Assembly (NCBI GenBank): GCA_947631015.1
Contig: CANRJS010000001.1
Coordinates: 95,561-159,560, forward strand
Length of the DNA: 64,000 bases
Origin: an uncultured Clostridia bacterium
GTDB taxonomy: Bacteria; Bacillota; Clostridia; Oscillospirales; JAAYOS01
Direction of reading: 5' to 3'
Made by a program: the position numbers and the translations under genes. The notes under the pieces were generated by a model. That model ran no database searches. It was not told the DNA's origin and saw only the letters and a program-made list of their open reading frames with translations. Positions 8,401 through 14,828 of this stretch are shown one piece after another (within the stretch, counting starts at the first letter, position 1; each line of letters starts with the position of its first letter).

Positions 8401-11368
8401 CAAGCGCCGCGCCGCTTCTCTCGTAGAGCGCCGCCTTCTGCTTCCTCGCGTCCTCCACACTCTCGCCGCTCTCGCGCATCCGCGAGAGCACCATGTCCGA
8501 GAGCTGACTGTACAGCTTGGAGCCCTCTAGCGAGTGCGTCAGCTCGTGGCTTATTATCTGCGCCACGGGGTTTCCGCTCTCCGCGTTGACGTATATCACG
8601 CCGCCCTTGTAGTACCCGTTCGCTCCCGCGGCGGTGCTGCTCTCCGCCGAGCGGCTGTCGTAGAAGCGCACCTCCCGCCCGACGGCGCGGCTTATCCGCT
8701 CCGCCGCCGATATGTCCTCGTCCCTCGCGCCCGCGAGTATCCCTGTTTTCTCGACCTCGCTCCGCGCCAGGGCCGCGCGGTTGCGGCGGTTGAACTCCTC
8801 GCCCACCGTCAGCGGCATGGGCTCCGCCGAAGTCGCGCTTCGCTCCGGCGAACTCTCGCTTCGTTCCTGCGAAGTCCCGCCGCTTTCCCGCGCTCTGTCC
8901 CATTGGCGCGTAATCTCATCCGAGAGCGTCTGCGCCGTCGGACGCGCCTGTTCCGTGTTGACATTCTGTCCCGGCTGTGATATACTATCATTGAAAGAAC
9001 CAGACGACGGCACGTTTCGGACGTTCTCCCCAGGGGCGGAAGCAATTCCGGCATTGGGGGTCGTATCAGTAGGTTCTTTCTTTTTTTGTACCCACATGGA
9101 GTCTGTCGCCAGCGCGTGCCGCCCGTCCGTTACTGCCTGCGCCGTGACAATGTTGTCCCCGATTTGCTTTTCAAATATGAGGACTTGCCGACCATACGCA
9201 TCTGTATCCGGAGAAAGAGCCACAGAATCAGGCGCAGCGAGCACCTGCGAGATCAGGGGGAAGTCGTCCGGTGTTACCGCCCGTTGCCCCCTTGCGGCCT
9301 CGGTCCGCTCGTTGCCGTGGTGATTGAAGATATGCTGTACCACGCTCCCTTGCAATATCGCGTTGTAACCCGCGACGTTGACGCCCGTGGACTCCATTAC
9401 CGTCTGCGCGGCGGAATCGGGTATCGTACCCATATAGAGCCGCTCCGAGCCGCCCTTCTTCCTCAAGGCATTTCGGACAAACGCGACAATATCGTCTTTT
9501 GTCCTTGCGATGATGTTGTTTTTCCCTGTCGCCAGACGGCTTGCCGCCTTTTCCGACACGGGCACTAGCTCAGGCACCGCTTCCGCGTTTTCGCTCTGCC
9601 GCACCTCCGCAGCATTTCCGGCTTCCTGCTGCACCTCCGCAGCGCGTTCCGCCGCCCTCGCGCGGCGGTTTATTGTGCCCTGATATATCGAGCCGGGCGC
9701 GCCCATAATACCGCCGGAGATCATTCCGCCAAGTACGTCCATGCCTATATCGCCGAGTTTGTCCGCCATGGCCTGTCCGAAGGCTTTGCCCTCGCTCATG
9801 CCCTGTTCTTCGTATTTGCGGACAGCCGTGCGCCACTCGCTTTCGTCTCCCGCGATAAGCACGTCAAAGAACGTGTTGATTATGTTGGACGCGCCTTCCT
9901 CGCTGCCTTCCACCCCTACCTGAGCGAGCCAACGAAGGAACGCGCTCTTTCCCGGTTCCGCTTTCTTGAACAGTTGGTCGAGGCTGAACTTCTCGGTGAA
10001 CACCTCGGCAGCTCCGGCAATAATACCGAGCGCAAGCGCCTGACCGTCTCCGAGACCGCGGTCAAGCGCACTCTGTACCTTGCTCGCGCCCGCGTCCGCG
10101 GCCATAAGCGCGAGACCCGAACCTTCGCCGAACAGCACTCCGCGCATGGCGTTGTCGCCGATGCTCATCAGCTGGTCATACGCATACGCCCACCCCGAGC
10201 CGTAATTCTCTGTTATGTACTCGTTTACGGCGCTTCTTGCCGCCGTCGTCCGGTTTATCGAGCTGTAATAGCCCGCGTCCCGTTCAAGCCGCCCGTCCTC
10301 GAGGAAGTCCCCGATTGCTCCGGCGGCAGGCGCTATTCCCCTGTACGGGGAGAGCATGACGCTCGCGATGCTCGTCCCTACCGGGTCCTCTTTTGCGTAC
10401 TCGGCCATCCTCTGCTCCTCGTACTCGCGTTCCCGCGCGTTGAGGCTCCCGCCTGTGTAATTCGGGTCGGTCGCTATGAACTCGATAAACTCGTCTGCGG
10501 CTGCTTCTCCCTGCTTGTTATACAGGTAGTTGTAGATAGCTATCTCGTCCGGCGTCATGCGCTGGAGGCGGTCGCTGCCTATGCCCGCCTCCGATATTCC
10601 GAGGAGCTGTTCGTTTGCTCCCGCAACGTCCCGCGCCGCCTCGTTGCCGTTTATGTAGTCATACTTCACGTCTCCGAAGCCCGTGTCGGTGTACATCCCC
10701 GCGAGCGCGTTATACTTCGGCTCGCCGTGCTGTGTGCTCCTATACTGCGACGCCGCCGCGAAGTCCGGCTCCCGCATCAGCGCGGCGTATTCGGCGGCGC
10801 GCTTGCCGGTTGCCTGCTTCGCTTTCGCGTCCTCGAGTAGGTTTTCCGCGGCCTGCCTCCGCTCGTAGTCGCGGCTCGTCTCGTAGGCGTTTATCCTCTC
10901 GGCGATGTCCCGCGCGCGGTTTGCCTCCTCGTCCGAAACGACGTGGCTCTCCGCGCGCTCCCGCATCTGCTTCTGCTCGTTCTTCAGCCGCTCGTACTCC
11001 TGCGCCTCCGGCGTCGCCGTGACCCGCCGGACGGTGTTCCGCGCGCGGTTGCGGCTGTCGAAGTCGTCCCGGCTCGCGCCGTACTTCGCCGCCCTCTCCG
11101 CCGCGTAGTTCCAATTCGAGTATTCCGTCTGCCGGGCGGCGCTTTCGCTCCGCTCGGCTTTTCTCGCCGCTATTCTCTCTTCCGCCTCTGCCCGCGCCGC
11201 AGTCTGCCGCTCCTGTATCAGCTTCTGCCTGTCGCTTGCAGTACCGGCAGCGGTGCCGGAGGCGGCGGCCTTCCGCCCGGCTATTCTCTTTTGAGCGTCG
11301 CTTCTTGCCGTTGCCTGCCTCTCCCGAAGGAGATTCTTCCGTTCTTCTTCCGTAAGCCTTACCGCCAT
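2438..11368 (-). CDS. giant polyvalent-type protein (2976 aa) with a zincin HExxH module
   Basis: An uninterrupted 8.9-kb ORF with SD GAGGTG 5 nt before the ATG. It has a HELTH motif (nt 8534-8548), two globular nuclease/LPD-like modules, an internal roughly 215-aa duplication and Gly-rich hydrophobic segments. Confidence 0.85.
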   Translation of the reverse strand: MAVRLTEEERKNLLRERQATARSDAQKRIAGRKAAASGTAAGTASDRQKLIQERQTAARAEAEERIAARKAERSESAARQTEYSNWNYAAERAAKYGASRDDFDSRNRARNTVRRVTATPEAQEYERLKNEQKQMRERAESHVVSDEEANRARDIAERINAYETSRDYERRQAAENLLEDAKAKQATGKRAAEYAALMREPDFAAASQYRSTQHGEPKYNALAGMYTDTGFGDVKYDYINGNEAARDVAGANEQLLGISEAGIGSDRLQRMTPDEIAIYNYLYNKQGEAAADEFIEFIATDPNYTGGSLNAREREYEEQRMAEYAKEDPVGTSIASVMLSPYRGIAPAAGAIGDFLEDGRLERDAGYYSSINRTTAARSAVNEYITENYGSGWAYAYDQLMSIGDNAMRGVLFGEGSGLALMAADAGASKVQSALDRGLGDGQALALGIIAGAAEVFTEKFSLDQLFKKAEPGKSAFLRWLAQVGVEGSEEGASNIINTFFDVLIAGDESEWRTAVRKYEEQGMSEGKAFGQAMADKLGDIGMDVLGGMISGGIMGAPGSIYQGTINRRARAAERAAEVQQEAGNAAEVRQSENAEAVPELVPVSEKAASRLATGKNNIIARTKDDIVAFVRNALRKKGGSERLYMGTIPDSAAQTVMESTGVNVAGYNAILQGSVVQHIFNHHGNERTEAARGQRAVTPDDFPLISQVLAAPDSVALSPDTDAYGRQVLIFEKQIGDNIVTAQAVTDGRHALATDSMWVQKKKEPTDTTPNAGIASAPGENVRNVPSSGSFNDSISQPGQNVNTEQARPTAQTLSDEITRQWDRARESGGTSQERSESSPERSATSAEPMPLTVGEEFNRRNRAALARSEVEKTGILAGARDEDISAAERISRAVGREVRFYDSRSAESSTAAGANGYYKGGVIYVNAESGNPVAQIISHELTHSLEGSKLYSQLSDMVLSRMRESGESVEDARKQKAALYERSGAALADNAAVDRELVAEYIEKHLLTDEDAVIRMVRENRGLAVRIKNRLDSLLAKLGSDAARERAFVRRAVNLYARALDDAENVKGRARRRTVDARARADAAVSARAEETAAETRRERLRQAGERLAAGEMSEEEYDREFDENYSAEDALRNGPEYSFSEVSEPTYEDLIAKPDIAIVDIRGTSTERIAEQRRAFLASDAAREMYSAPVVNRDTGESIFITPQSITHTFSNLGRDQIGVAKHLRELLEEAVFTHAEQSRNAPGDHTTGVYTLFAAARTEQGSKPVKLKVKEYNLAGQDIPRTVREYLEDKMQSETYASLYDGNVLVLEEIEKEDSSSSAPTDATNVAVKHPSESSSTISVKDLLALVKGDAAKYIPKPSVPEYSISEDSEGRELSEDEDWNSLEANEPSAEQDAWPEWIHLPSPDTDVQSREIAENADAGTEEQTLPAQSHLPYSARKELKSAETYLLRAVGNSLGVPRGVQAEIIGEAVGELAQNYYKSGTLTDEARNTAFDKAYEATRQSESEVAEKYGKIKDYVSGVTIAVDPKERAEMEHWASFERSASGLMTFGENGIPFREVYKEAQRIDPQMLPDIISDGNGHSEELNTADKLSRLLYTVRAAEGAARKAAGNGLSEEIDRQFMRHHFDDAVDSSLSKLSAARQNAINLAREDAEIRAERDEEERQRIPAQMVENEMWADFFRKRNGDNTAPDAAESGETADAAGTERAKLPTKARSYLRSAESYMRAAIGNALSIPKAAQRTVVGNLVETLADEYLGNGSISEESLSDAFEQAYNAGRIIDSAFYEMYKPVKTYLRDTKISVGPELRESMPNWEQFRKSVFGRLTLVKAENAADGTARSAGDFYEELSSAAPELFPESITGEINRIERMAFVSQAIARTERTLDENGGTNAEAYKSILRHNFNEAVYDTVPKLRDIKRYAQASEAKRAAEEAAREARKQLRSMTAEEAAALYAEMKETRRALEKAKARNLLIDEDKTKVGRLLKGDIQIEDLDPAKDNVKGIQAVYEAARKHEEIVGKLREYNEGRAATLRDEAKEMLKGAEKWHDKKMGVLYSRETAERNVRDVVGDDEKAQEIIDTYFTPVHKNEAESTKMKNRLRDKVRELNLSRRVKKGNSMSAAALVQFVGEAEDNIAVLSTGANARDPQAKRGGMTLEEWRGALENAWKENPNIDRAKIENAVETFRELYDYLFKKINEVRVRNGYEPISYRRGYFPHFQSEQRSGVLGWLGKAFGVQTEVTNLPTTINGRTEDFKPGIRWMGAALERKGNATTFDAVEGFDRYLEVAADVIWHTDDIQRLRALATATRERTTDESIQADIERIRADDKLTEEEKQDQIRTKVDKGPYELSNFAGWIDEYTNLLAGKKSRADRQMEADAGRGMYNVLKALESRVGANMVGFNVRSATTNFIPITQGWADLGGGTVLRGMWDTLKAHSPRAKFMQAVRNGGWSVGGIIEALSDNMPLDDFSDMSEFLTNRRGSERLVQTRTQEIVGKTPLRMARDLMETVDRFSSETLVRARYAQNVKRGLSEQSAMDEADAWAAGVMAARSKGSMPTLFSRANPVTKLFTQFQLEVNNQFSYLMKDVPREHREKGMASLAWALLKFAIGAWLFNEASELLTGYRPALDPIGILNDTVGDLTGYELPNVFRLAKGAITGDMPSFETEQEGVYGAGKNLAKNVAEELPFVGGLLGGGRIPVSSAKPSFTNLWSAATNPDWAPEKRRKTAADELSKPFTYLLPPAGGGAVRRVIEGAATSAAGGSYTVNSKGEDILQYPEYTDEGAGSFWDVVKSMIMGKSSLDTAQDWVRSGFDSLSAKQTTAYREMTDAGMGQRDAFELLREIEGDEMTKAEKMRAVVNATDIEEARLAAMKTVLTEAAYDKVAAAGEFGVSSESWTELMEALPDYDDGNGSYTQAEVADALGSMKQLTREEKAVLWQAQAKNWSPKKNPYDTRLGEEVADRLNREEEDVPEWVSLPTP

Positions 11369-11377
11369 ATCCGCACC

Positions 11378-12250
11378 TCACAGAACTCCGACATATTTTT
11401 TCGTGCTCCCGCATACGTTGTTGCCGTATTCGTCCACGTCAATGACAACGACTTCGCCGCGCGCCAGCATCTCGTCGAGGTCTTCCTGTGTCACCCTGCC
11501 GTAGCCCTCCACCGTGACATAGCTTCTGCCGGACGGGGTTTTCCCGCTCGTTTCATTCGGCACGTTCTTCAACTCCTCCGAGGCTCTGCGCGCCTTCTCG
11601 GTCTTGTAGAACTCCCACATCTGTTCTATCTGGCTCTGTGTCCAGCCCTGCCTTACGAGATATTCATACGCCCGAGCGTCGTCGCCGTAGGAGATCATCG
11701 CGTCGATGAGGCTCTGCGTCTCGCCGTTCTCCGCGCTCTCGGAGCTCCCGCTTCCGCCGCTTCCGCTCGCCGCCCTCGCCGCACGGTCAAGCGCGTCCTG
11801 CCGGAGGTTATAGTCCCATTCGCGCTGACGCCATTCGTCTTCGACTGCATCCCTTCCGACGCCGTAGTCGAACTCCTTCTGCCTCCACTCGTCGTCGAGG
11901 GCGTCCCTCTGCGCCTGATACTCGCGGTCAAGGCGGTCCTGCTCGCGGTTGTAGGCCGTCTCGTCCTCGTAGCGGCGGCGGTCCTCCTCTTCGAGCAGCC
12001 CCGTGTGATAGCGGTCATAGTCGGTCTGCTCCTGACCCTGAAGTGCCGCAAGCGTGCTCTGCATCCGGCTGTAATCGTCCAGATACTGCCCGTAGGCGAA
12101 ATTGCGGTCGGCGTTGTACTGGTTGAGCTCGTCGAGGTACTTCGCGTACTCGTTCTGCTCCTGCGTGTTGACGTCTCCGAGCGCCTGCCGCTTCATCGAG
12201 TAGTCGTCCAGATACTTCTGATATGCCTGCTGGTAGAGCTGCGGGATCAT
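11378..12250 (-). CDS. aromatic/acidic repeat protein (290 aa), function unknown
   Basis: Its TGA stop overlaps the SD of the giant gene, indicating translational coupling. It has periodic D/E-x-Y/W repeats, including DEWRQKEFDY and DEWRQREWDY. There is no SD before ATG 12250, so the start is uncertain. Confidence 0.6.
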   Translation of the reverse strand: MIPQLYQQAYQKYLDDYSMKRQALGDVNTQEQNEYAKYLDELNQYNADRNFAYGQYLDDYSRMQSTLAALQGQEQTDYDRYHTGLLEEEDRRRYEDETAYNREQDRLDREYQAQRDALDDEWRQKEFDYGVGRDAVEDEWRQREWDYNLRQDALDRAARAASGSGGSGSSESAENGETQSLIDAMISYGDDARAYEYLVRQGWTQSQIEQMWEFYKTEKARRASEELKNVPNETSGKTPSGRSYVTVEGYGRVTQEDLDEMLARGEVVVIDVDEYGNNVCGSTKKYVGVL

Positions 12251-12500
12251 GTCATTCAGCTGCGCCGCATAGTAGTCCCCGGCCTGTCCCGCGGCGGCGA
12301 CGGCATAGCTCGAGGGACGTCCCGCGCTCGCGGCGTGCTCATCTCGCTCAACCCTGACTATTCGCCCGTCCCCATGACCGAGGATACCTGGTGCAACGGC
12401 CGCGTCATAGGCGTCCTCGACCCCTCCGACATCGCCCGGCTCTGAGAGTACAGCCGCAACATCTTGTTTACAAGTGAATAACCCAGCCTATATCTTGCTG

Positions 12501-12529
12501 TTGATTTTTTGCTTCTCCCCGCGTATAAT
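12501..12529 (+). promoter_or_regulatory. near-consensus sigma-70 promoter facing the tandem repeats
   Basis: TTGATT (12501-12506), 17-nt spacer, TATAAT (12524-12529). No ORF follows it. Confidence 0.5.
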
Positions 12530-12600
12530 ATAGACGTGGAGTGATCCACGGGTGAGAATGTAACGCCCAATCGCCGTTATCATCTTCACCACTCGTCCAA

Positions 12601-12710
12601 GCGGAGAGTCCGAGCCGAAAATCGGAACCGGAAAAAGCGGTGAGCTCCTGCCGTTAAACGGAGCCTCAAAAAAGCGGAGAGTCCCTGCCGTCAAGTGGGA
12701 ACCGGAAAAA
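12601..12710. repeat. three tandem 36/37-nt repeats with covarying stems
   Basis: The units are 12601-12636, 12637-12673 and 12674-12710. Each starts GCGG(A/T)GAG and ends in A5-6. Internal stems are TCCGA/TCGGA, GCTCC/GGAGC and TCCC/GGGA. Confidence 0.75.
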
Positions 12711-12744
12711 GCAAGATTGGCATCACTGCCGGTCTTGCTTTTTT
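12711..12744 (+). terminator. intrinsic terminator, also usable on the minus strand
   Basis: Stem GCAAGA..GGCA-TCAC-TGCC..TCTTGC followed by T6 (12739-12744). A5 precedes it, so the reverse strand also reads as a hairpin followed by a T run. Confidence 0.65.
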
Positions 12745-12769
12745 CTGTCGGGAAAACTCACGAACACAT

Positions 12770-12798
12770 ATTTAAATGTTTGTATTTCCTCTTGACAA
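12770..12798 (-). promoter_or_regulatory. possible leftward promoter of the 290-aa/giant-gene operon
   Basis: On the minus strand: TTGTCA, 17-nt spacer, TTAAAT. Its -35 box overlaps the -35 box of the hicA promoter (back-to-back arrangement). Confidence 0.3.
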
Positions 12799-12820
12799 AT
12801 ACTTTTATATGTGTTATTAT
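12792..12820 (+). promoter_or_regulatory. hicAB promoter
   Basis: TTGACA (12792-12797), 17-nt spacer, TATTAT (12815-12820). SD GGAGGGGAGG lies before ATG 12843. Confidence 0.65.
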
Positions 12821-12842
12821 TGTTTTGTCAGGAGGGGAGGAT

Positions 12843-13040
12843 ATGAAAAGCTACTCATCGCGGGAGGTCATTAAGATTCTGAACGCGGACGGATGGTACG
12901 AGGTCAGATGTGTCGGCGACCATCACCAGTTCAGACATCCGACGAAGCCCGGGCTCGTCACGGTGACTCACCCGGTCAAGGACATCCCGAGAAGGACCCC
13001 CGGCAGCATAGAGAAGCAGGCCGGCATCAAGCTCCCCTGA
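12843..13040 (+). CDS. hicA: HicA-family mRNA interferase toxin
   Basis: 65 aa: MKSYSSREVIKILNADGWYEV...GDHHQFRHP...VTVTHP. This is the typical HicA length and motif pattern. The internal ATG of the 107-aa ORF was chosen because of the SD. Confidence 0.85.
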   Translation: MKSYSSREVIKILNADGWYEVRCVGDHHQFRHPTKPGLVTVTHPVKDIPRRTPGSIEKQAGIKLP

Positions 13041-13080
13041 TGCCGGCGCTCCCCCGATTTTCTCGAAAGGAGCTATTGAT

Positions 13081-13482
13081 ATGGAGAAGACCTACTACTC
13101 TTATCCCGCTTATTTTTACTACGATGAAGACGGCATATCCATCGAATTTCCCGACCTTCCCGGCTGTCTGCCCTGCGGTGCCTCCACCGAGGAGGCTTTC
13201 AAAAACGCCAGGGAAGCGCTCGGCCTTCACCTGTTCGGGCTGGAGCAGGAGCACGAGCCCATCCCGGCGCCCACGCCCGTGAAGGATCTTCATCCCGAGC
13301 CCGGCGCAGTCGCCGCCATGGTGGAGGTCTATATGCCGTCCGTTCGCTATGCCGCTGTCAACAAAGCGGTAAACCGCACCGTCACCCTCCCCGCATGGCT
13401 CAACGCCGCGGCGGTCGAGAGAAACGTCAACTTCTCGCAGGTGCTTCAGGACGCGCTGAAGCGTCAGCTCGGCGTGCGATAA
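13081..13482 (+). CDS. hicB: HicB-family antitoxin with a C-terminal RHH/CopG-like tail
   Basis: 133 aa. The N-terminus (YPAYFYYDEDGISIEFPDLPGC...EEAFKNAREAL) is HicB-like. The C-terminus (NRTVTLPAWLN...FSQVLQDALK) is ribbon-helix-helix-like. Confidence 0.85.
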   Translation: MEKTYYSYPAYFYYDEDGISIEFPDLPGCLPCGASTEEAFKNAREALGLHLFGLEQEHEPIPAPTPVKDLHPEPGAVAAMVEVYMPSVRYAAVNKAVNRTVTLPAWLNAAAVERNVNFSQVLQDALKRQLGVR

Positions 13483-13484
13483 AC

Positions 13485-13521
13485 AAAAAAATCTCCCCCG
13501 GGGCGGCCACCCCGGAGGAGA
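13485..13521 (-). terminator. strong minus-strand intrinsic terminator between hicB and int
   Basis: A 12-bp stem TCTCCCCCGGGG/CCCCGGAGGAGA with one mismatch. On the minus strand it is followed by T7 (plus-strand A13485-13491). Confidence 0.55.
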
Positions 13522-13611
13522 CGTGCAAAAGTCGTATACCCACAAAGCACGGCACCTTTGCGCCCTTATTGTACCACACGGGGCGCTTCGGTGCAAGGAG
13601 AAGGAGAAAAT

Positions 13612-14664
13612 ATGCCCCGCAAATCGAAAATAAGAGTTCCCGAGCCGACACGCCTCCCCTCCGGGCGCTGGAGGATACAGCTCCAGATAGACGGCCGGCG
13701 TCTCTCCGTCACGGAGGACGACCCGAAGGAGTGCCAGGCTCGAGCCGTCGCTCTGAAGGCCGGCCTCATAGAGCAGGCGGCGAAACCGAACCGGATAACG
13801 CTCCGCGCCGCGATAGATAAATATATCGACTCGCGCTCTGCCGTCCTCTCGCCCTCCACGATACGCGGCTACCGCGTCATCCAGCGCAACAGGTTCAAGG
13901 CGCTGATGGATAGGCCGGTTTCCGAGATAACAAAAGAGACGATGCAGCGCGCAGTAAACTCGGAGGCCCGTCGGCTCTCCCCCAAAAGCGTAACAAACGC
14001 GTACTTATTTGTTTCGTCGGTTATCTATAATGAGACAGGGAACCGCTATGATGTTGCCCTTCCGCGCCTCATGCCGCACGAGCGGCCTTTTCTCTCGGCC
14101 GATGAGATCACCGTGCTGCTCAATGCTATCCGCGGCACCGAAGCCGAGGCGCCCATACTGTTTGGCCTGCAAAGCCTCCGCCGGTCGGAAATCCTCGGGC
14201 TTCGGTGGTGCGACGTGGACCTCGCTCGCGGCACGGCACACATCCGGCACACCCGCGTCCAAGGTGAAAAAGGAATGGCGGACAAGAACACAGCGAAGAA
14301 CAGTTCGTCCTACCGAACCATTCGACTGCCTCAAAGACTCGTTGATCTCCTTCGCGATATGCCTCATGGTGATGACGACAGCGAACGCATCTTCTCCTTC
14401 GGCCCCAACTATATAAGAGCCAATGTTAATCGAGTTTGTAAGCGTCTCGGCCTTCCGGAGGTAGGCACGCACGGGCTTCGGCACAGCTTCGCCTCGCTCG
14501 GCTATTACCTCGAAGTTCCGGCGAAGGTCATTCAGAAGGCCGGCGGATGGTCGGACGATCACACCATGCTGAAAATATATACCCATGTCTCCGAGAAGTA
14601 CGTCGAGCGTCAACGCACGGCGCTTAGTAACTTCTTCGACGAGGCCGACAAGCCCACCGGGTGA
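13612..14664 (+). CDS. tyrosine recombinase / phage-type integrase
   Basis: 350 aa from the ATG that follows SD AAGGAGAAGGAG. Catalytic signature: LRRSEILGLRW (R), HGLRHSFAS (H-x-x-R), GWSDDHTMLKIYTH (W/H and Y). Confidence 0.9.
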   Translation: MPRKSKIRVPEPTRLPSGRWRIQLQIDGRRLSVTEDDPKECQARAVALKAGLIEQAAKPNRITLRAAIDKYIDSRSAVLSPSTIRGYRVIQRNRFKALMDRPVSEITKETMQRAVNSEARRLSPKSVTNAYLFVSSVIYNETGNRYDVALPRLMPHERPFLSADEITVLLNAIRGTEAEAPILFGLQSLRRSEILGLRWCDVDLARGTAHIRHTRVQGEKGMADKNTAKNSSSYRTIRLPQRLVDLLRDMPHGDDDSERIFSFGPNYIRANVNRVCKRLGLPEVGTHGLRHSFASLGYYLEVPAKVIQKAGGWSDDHTMLKIYTHVSEKYVERQRTALSNFFDEADKPTG

Positions 14665-14670
14665 TTCGCC

Positions 14671-14706
14671 GTGTGCATTTTCGTGTGCATTTTCGTGTGC
14701 ATTTTG
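14671..14706. repeat. three tandem 12-bp GTGTGCATTTTC boxes (putative integrase arm-type sites, P' arm)
   Basis: Perfect head-to-tail copies at 14671, 14683 and 14695, lying between the int stop codon and attR. A related copy lies at 2420-2431. Confidence 0.6.
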
Positions 14707-14828
14707 TACCTCGAAACGGCTGTAAATACCTTCTCAGTTTCAAAACCCGTTTCGCGGCGGCGAAAGCTGAAACCGTTGCGAGAGTAGGATTAGAGCCCGA
14801 AACCTTTGCGGTTTCGGGCTCTTAAAAA

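Larger units (their letters stand above)
12537..12744 (+). ncRNA. candidate small RNA made of tandem stem-loop repeats
   Basis: It runs from the predicted TSS after the TATAAT box to the terminator at 12711-12744. It contains a 5' hairpin CGTGGA-GTGA-TCCACG, then one degenerate and three good 36-37-nt repeats. Confidence 0.4.

Noticed and set aside
2420-12445. Many long plus-strand ORFs (for example 2420-3628, 4067-5539, 7577-8530, 9974-10840, 10943-12445) overlapping the giant minus-strand gene.
   Set aside because: They are Arg/Ala/Pro-rich antisense frames typical of high-GC DNA. They lack SD sequences, and the minus-strand frame gives a continuous protein-like translation.
12488-12694. 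A 68-aa minus-strand ORF in the same frame as the 290-aa gene, separated from its open upstream extension by a single TAG. This raised the possibility of amber read-through or a pseudogene.
   Set aside because: The 68-aa translation is not protein-like and spans the promoter and repeat region. Open frames of this length are expected by chance at this GC content.
12601-12710. The tandem repeats considered as a CRISPR array, or as a tandem glycine riboswitch (GGAGAG boxes).
   Set aside because: The units are contiguous with no unique spacers, and there are only three of them. The glycine-aptamer cores (ACCGAAGGGGCAA, CUCAGGCAAAAGGAC) are absent.
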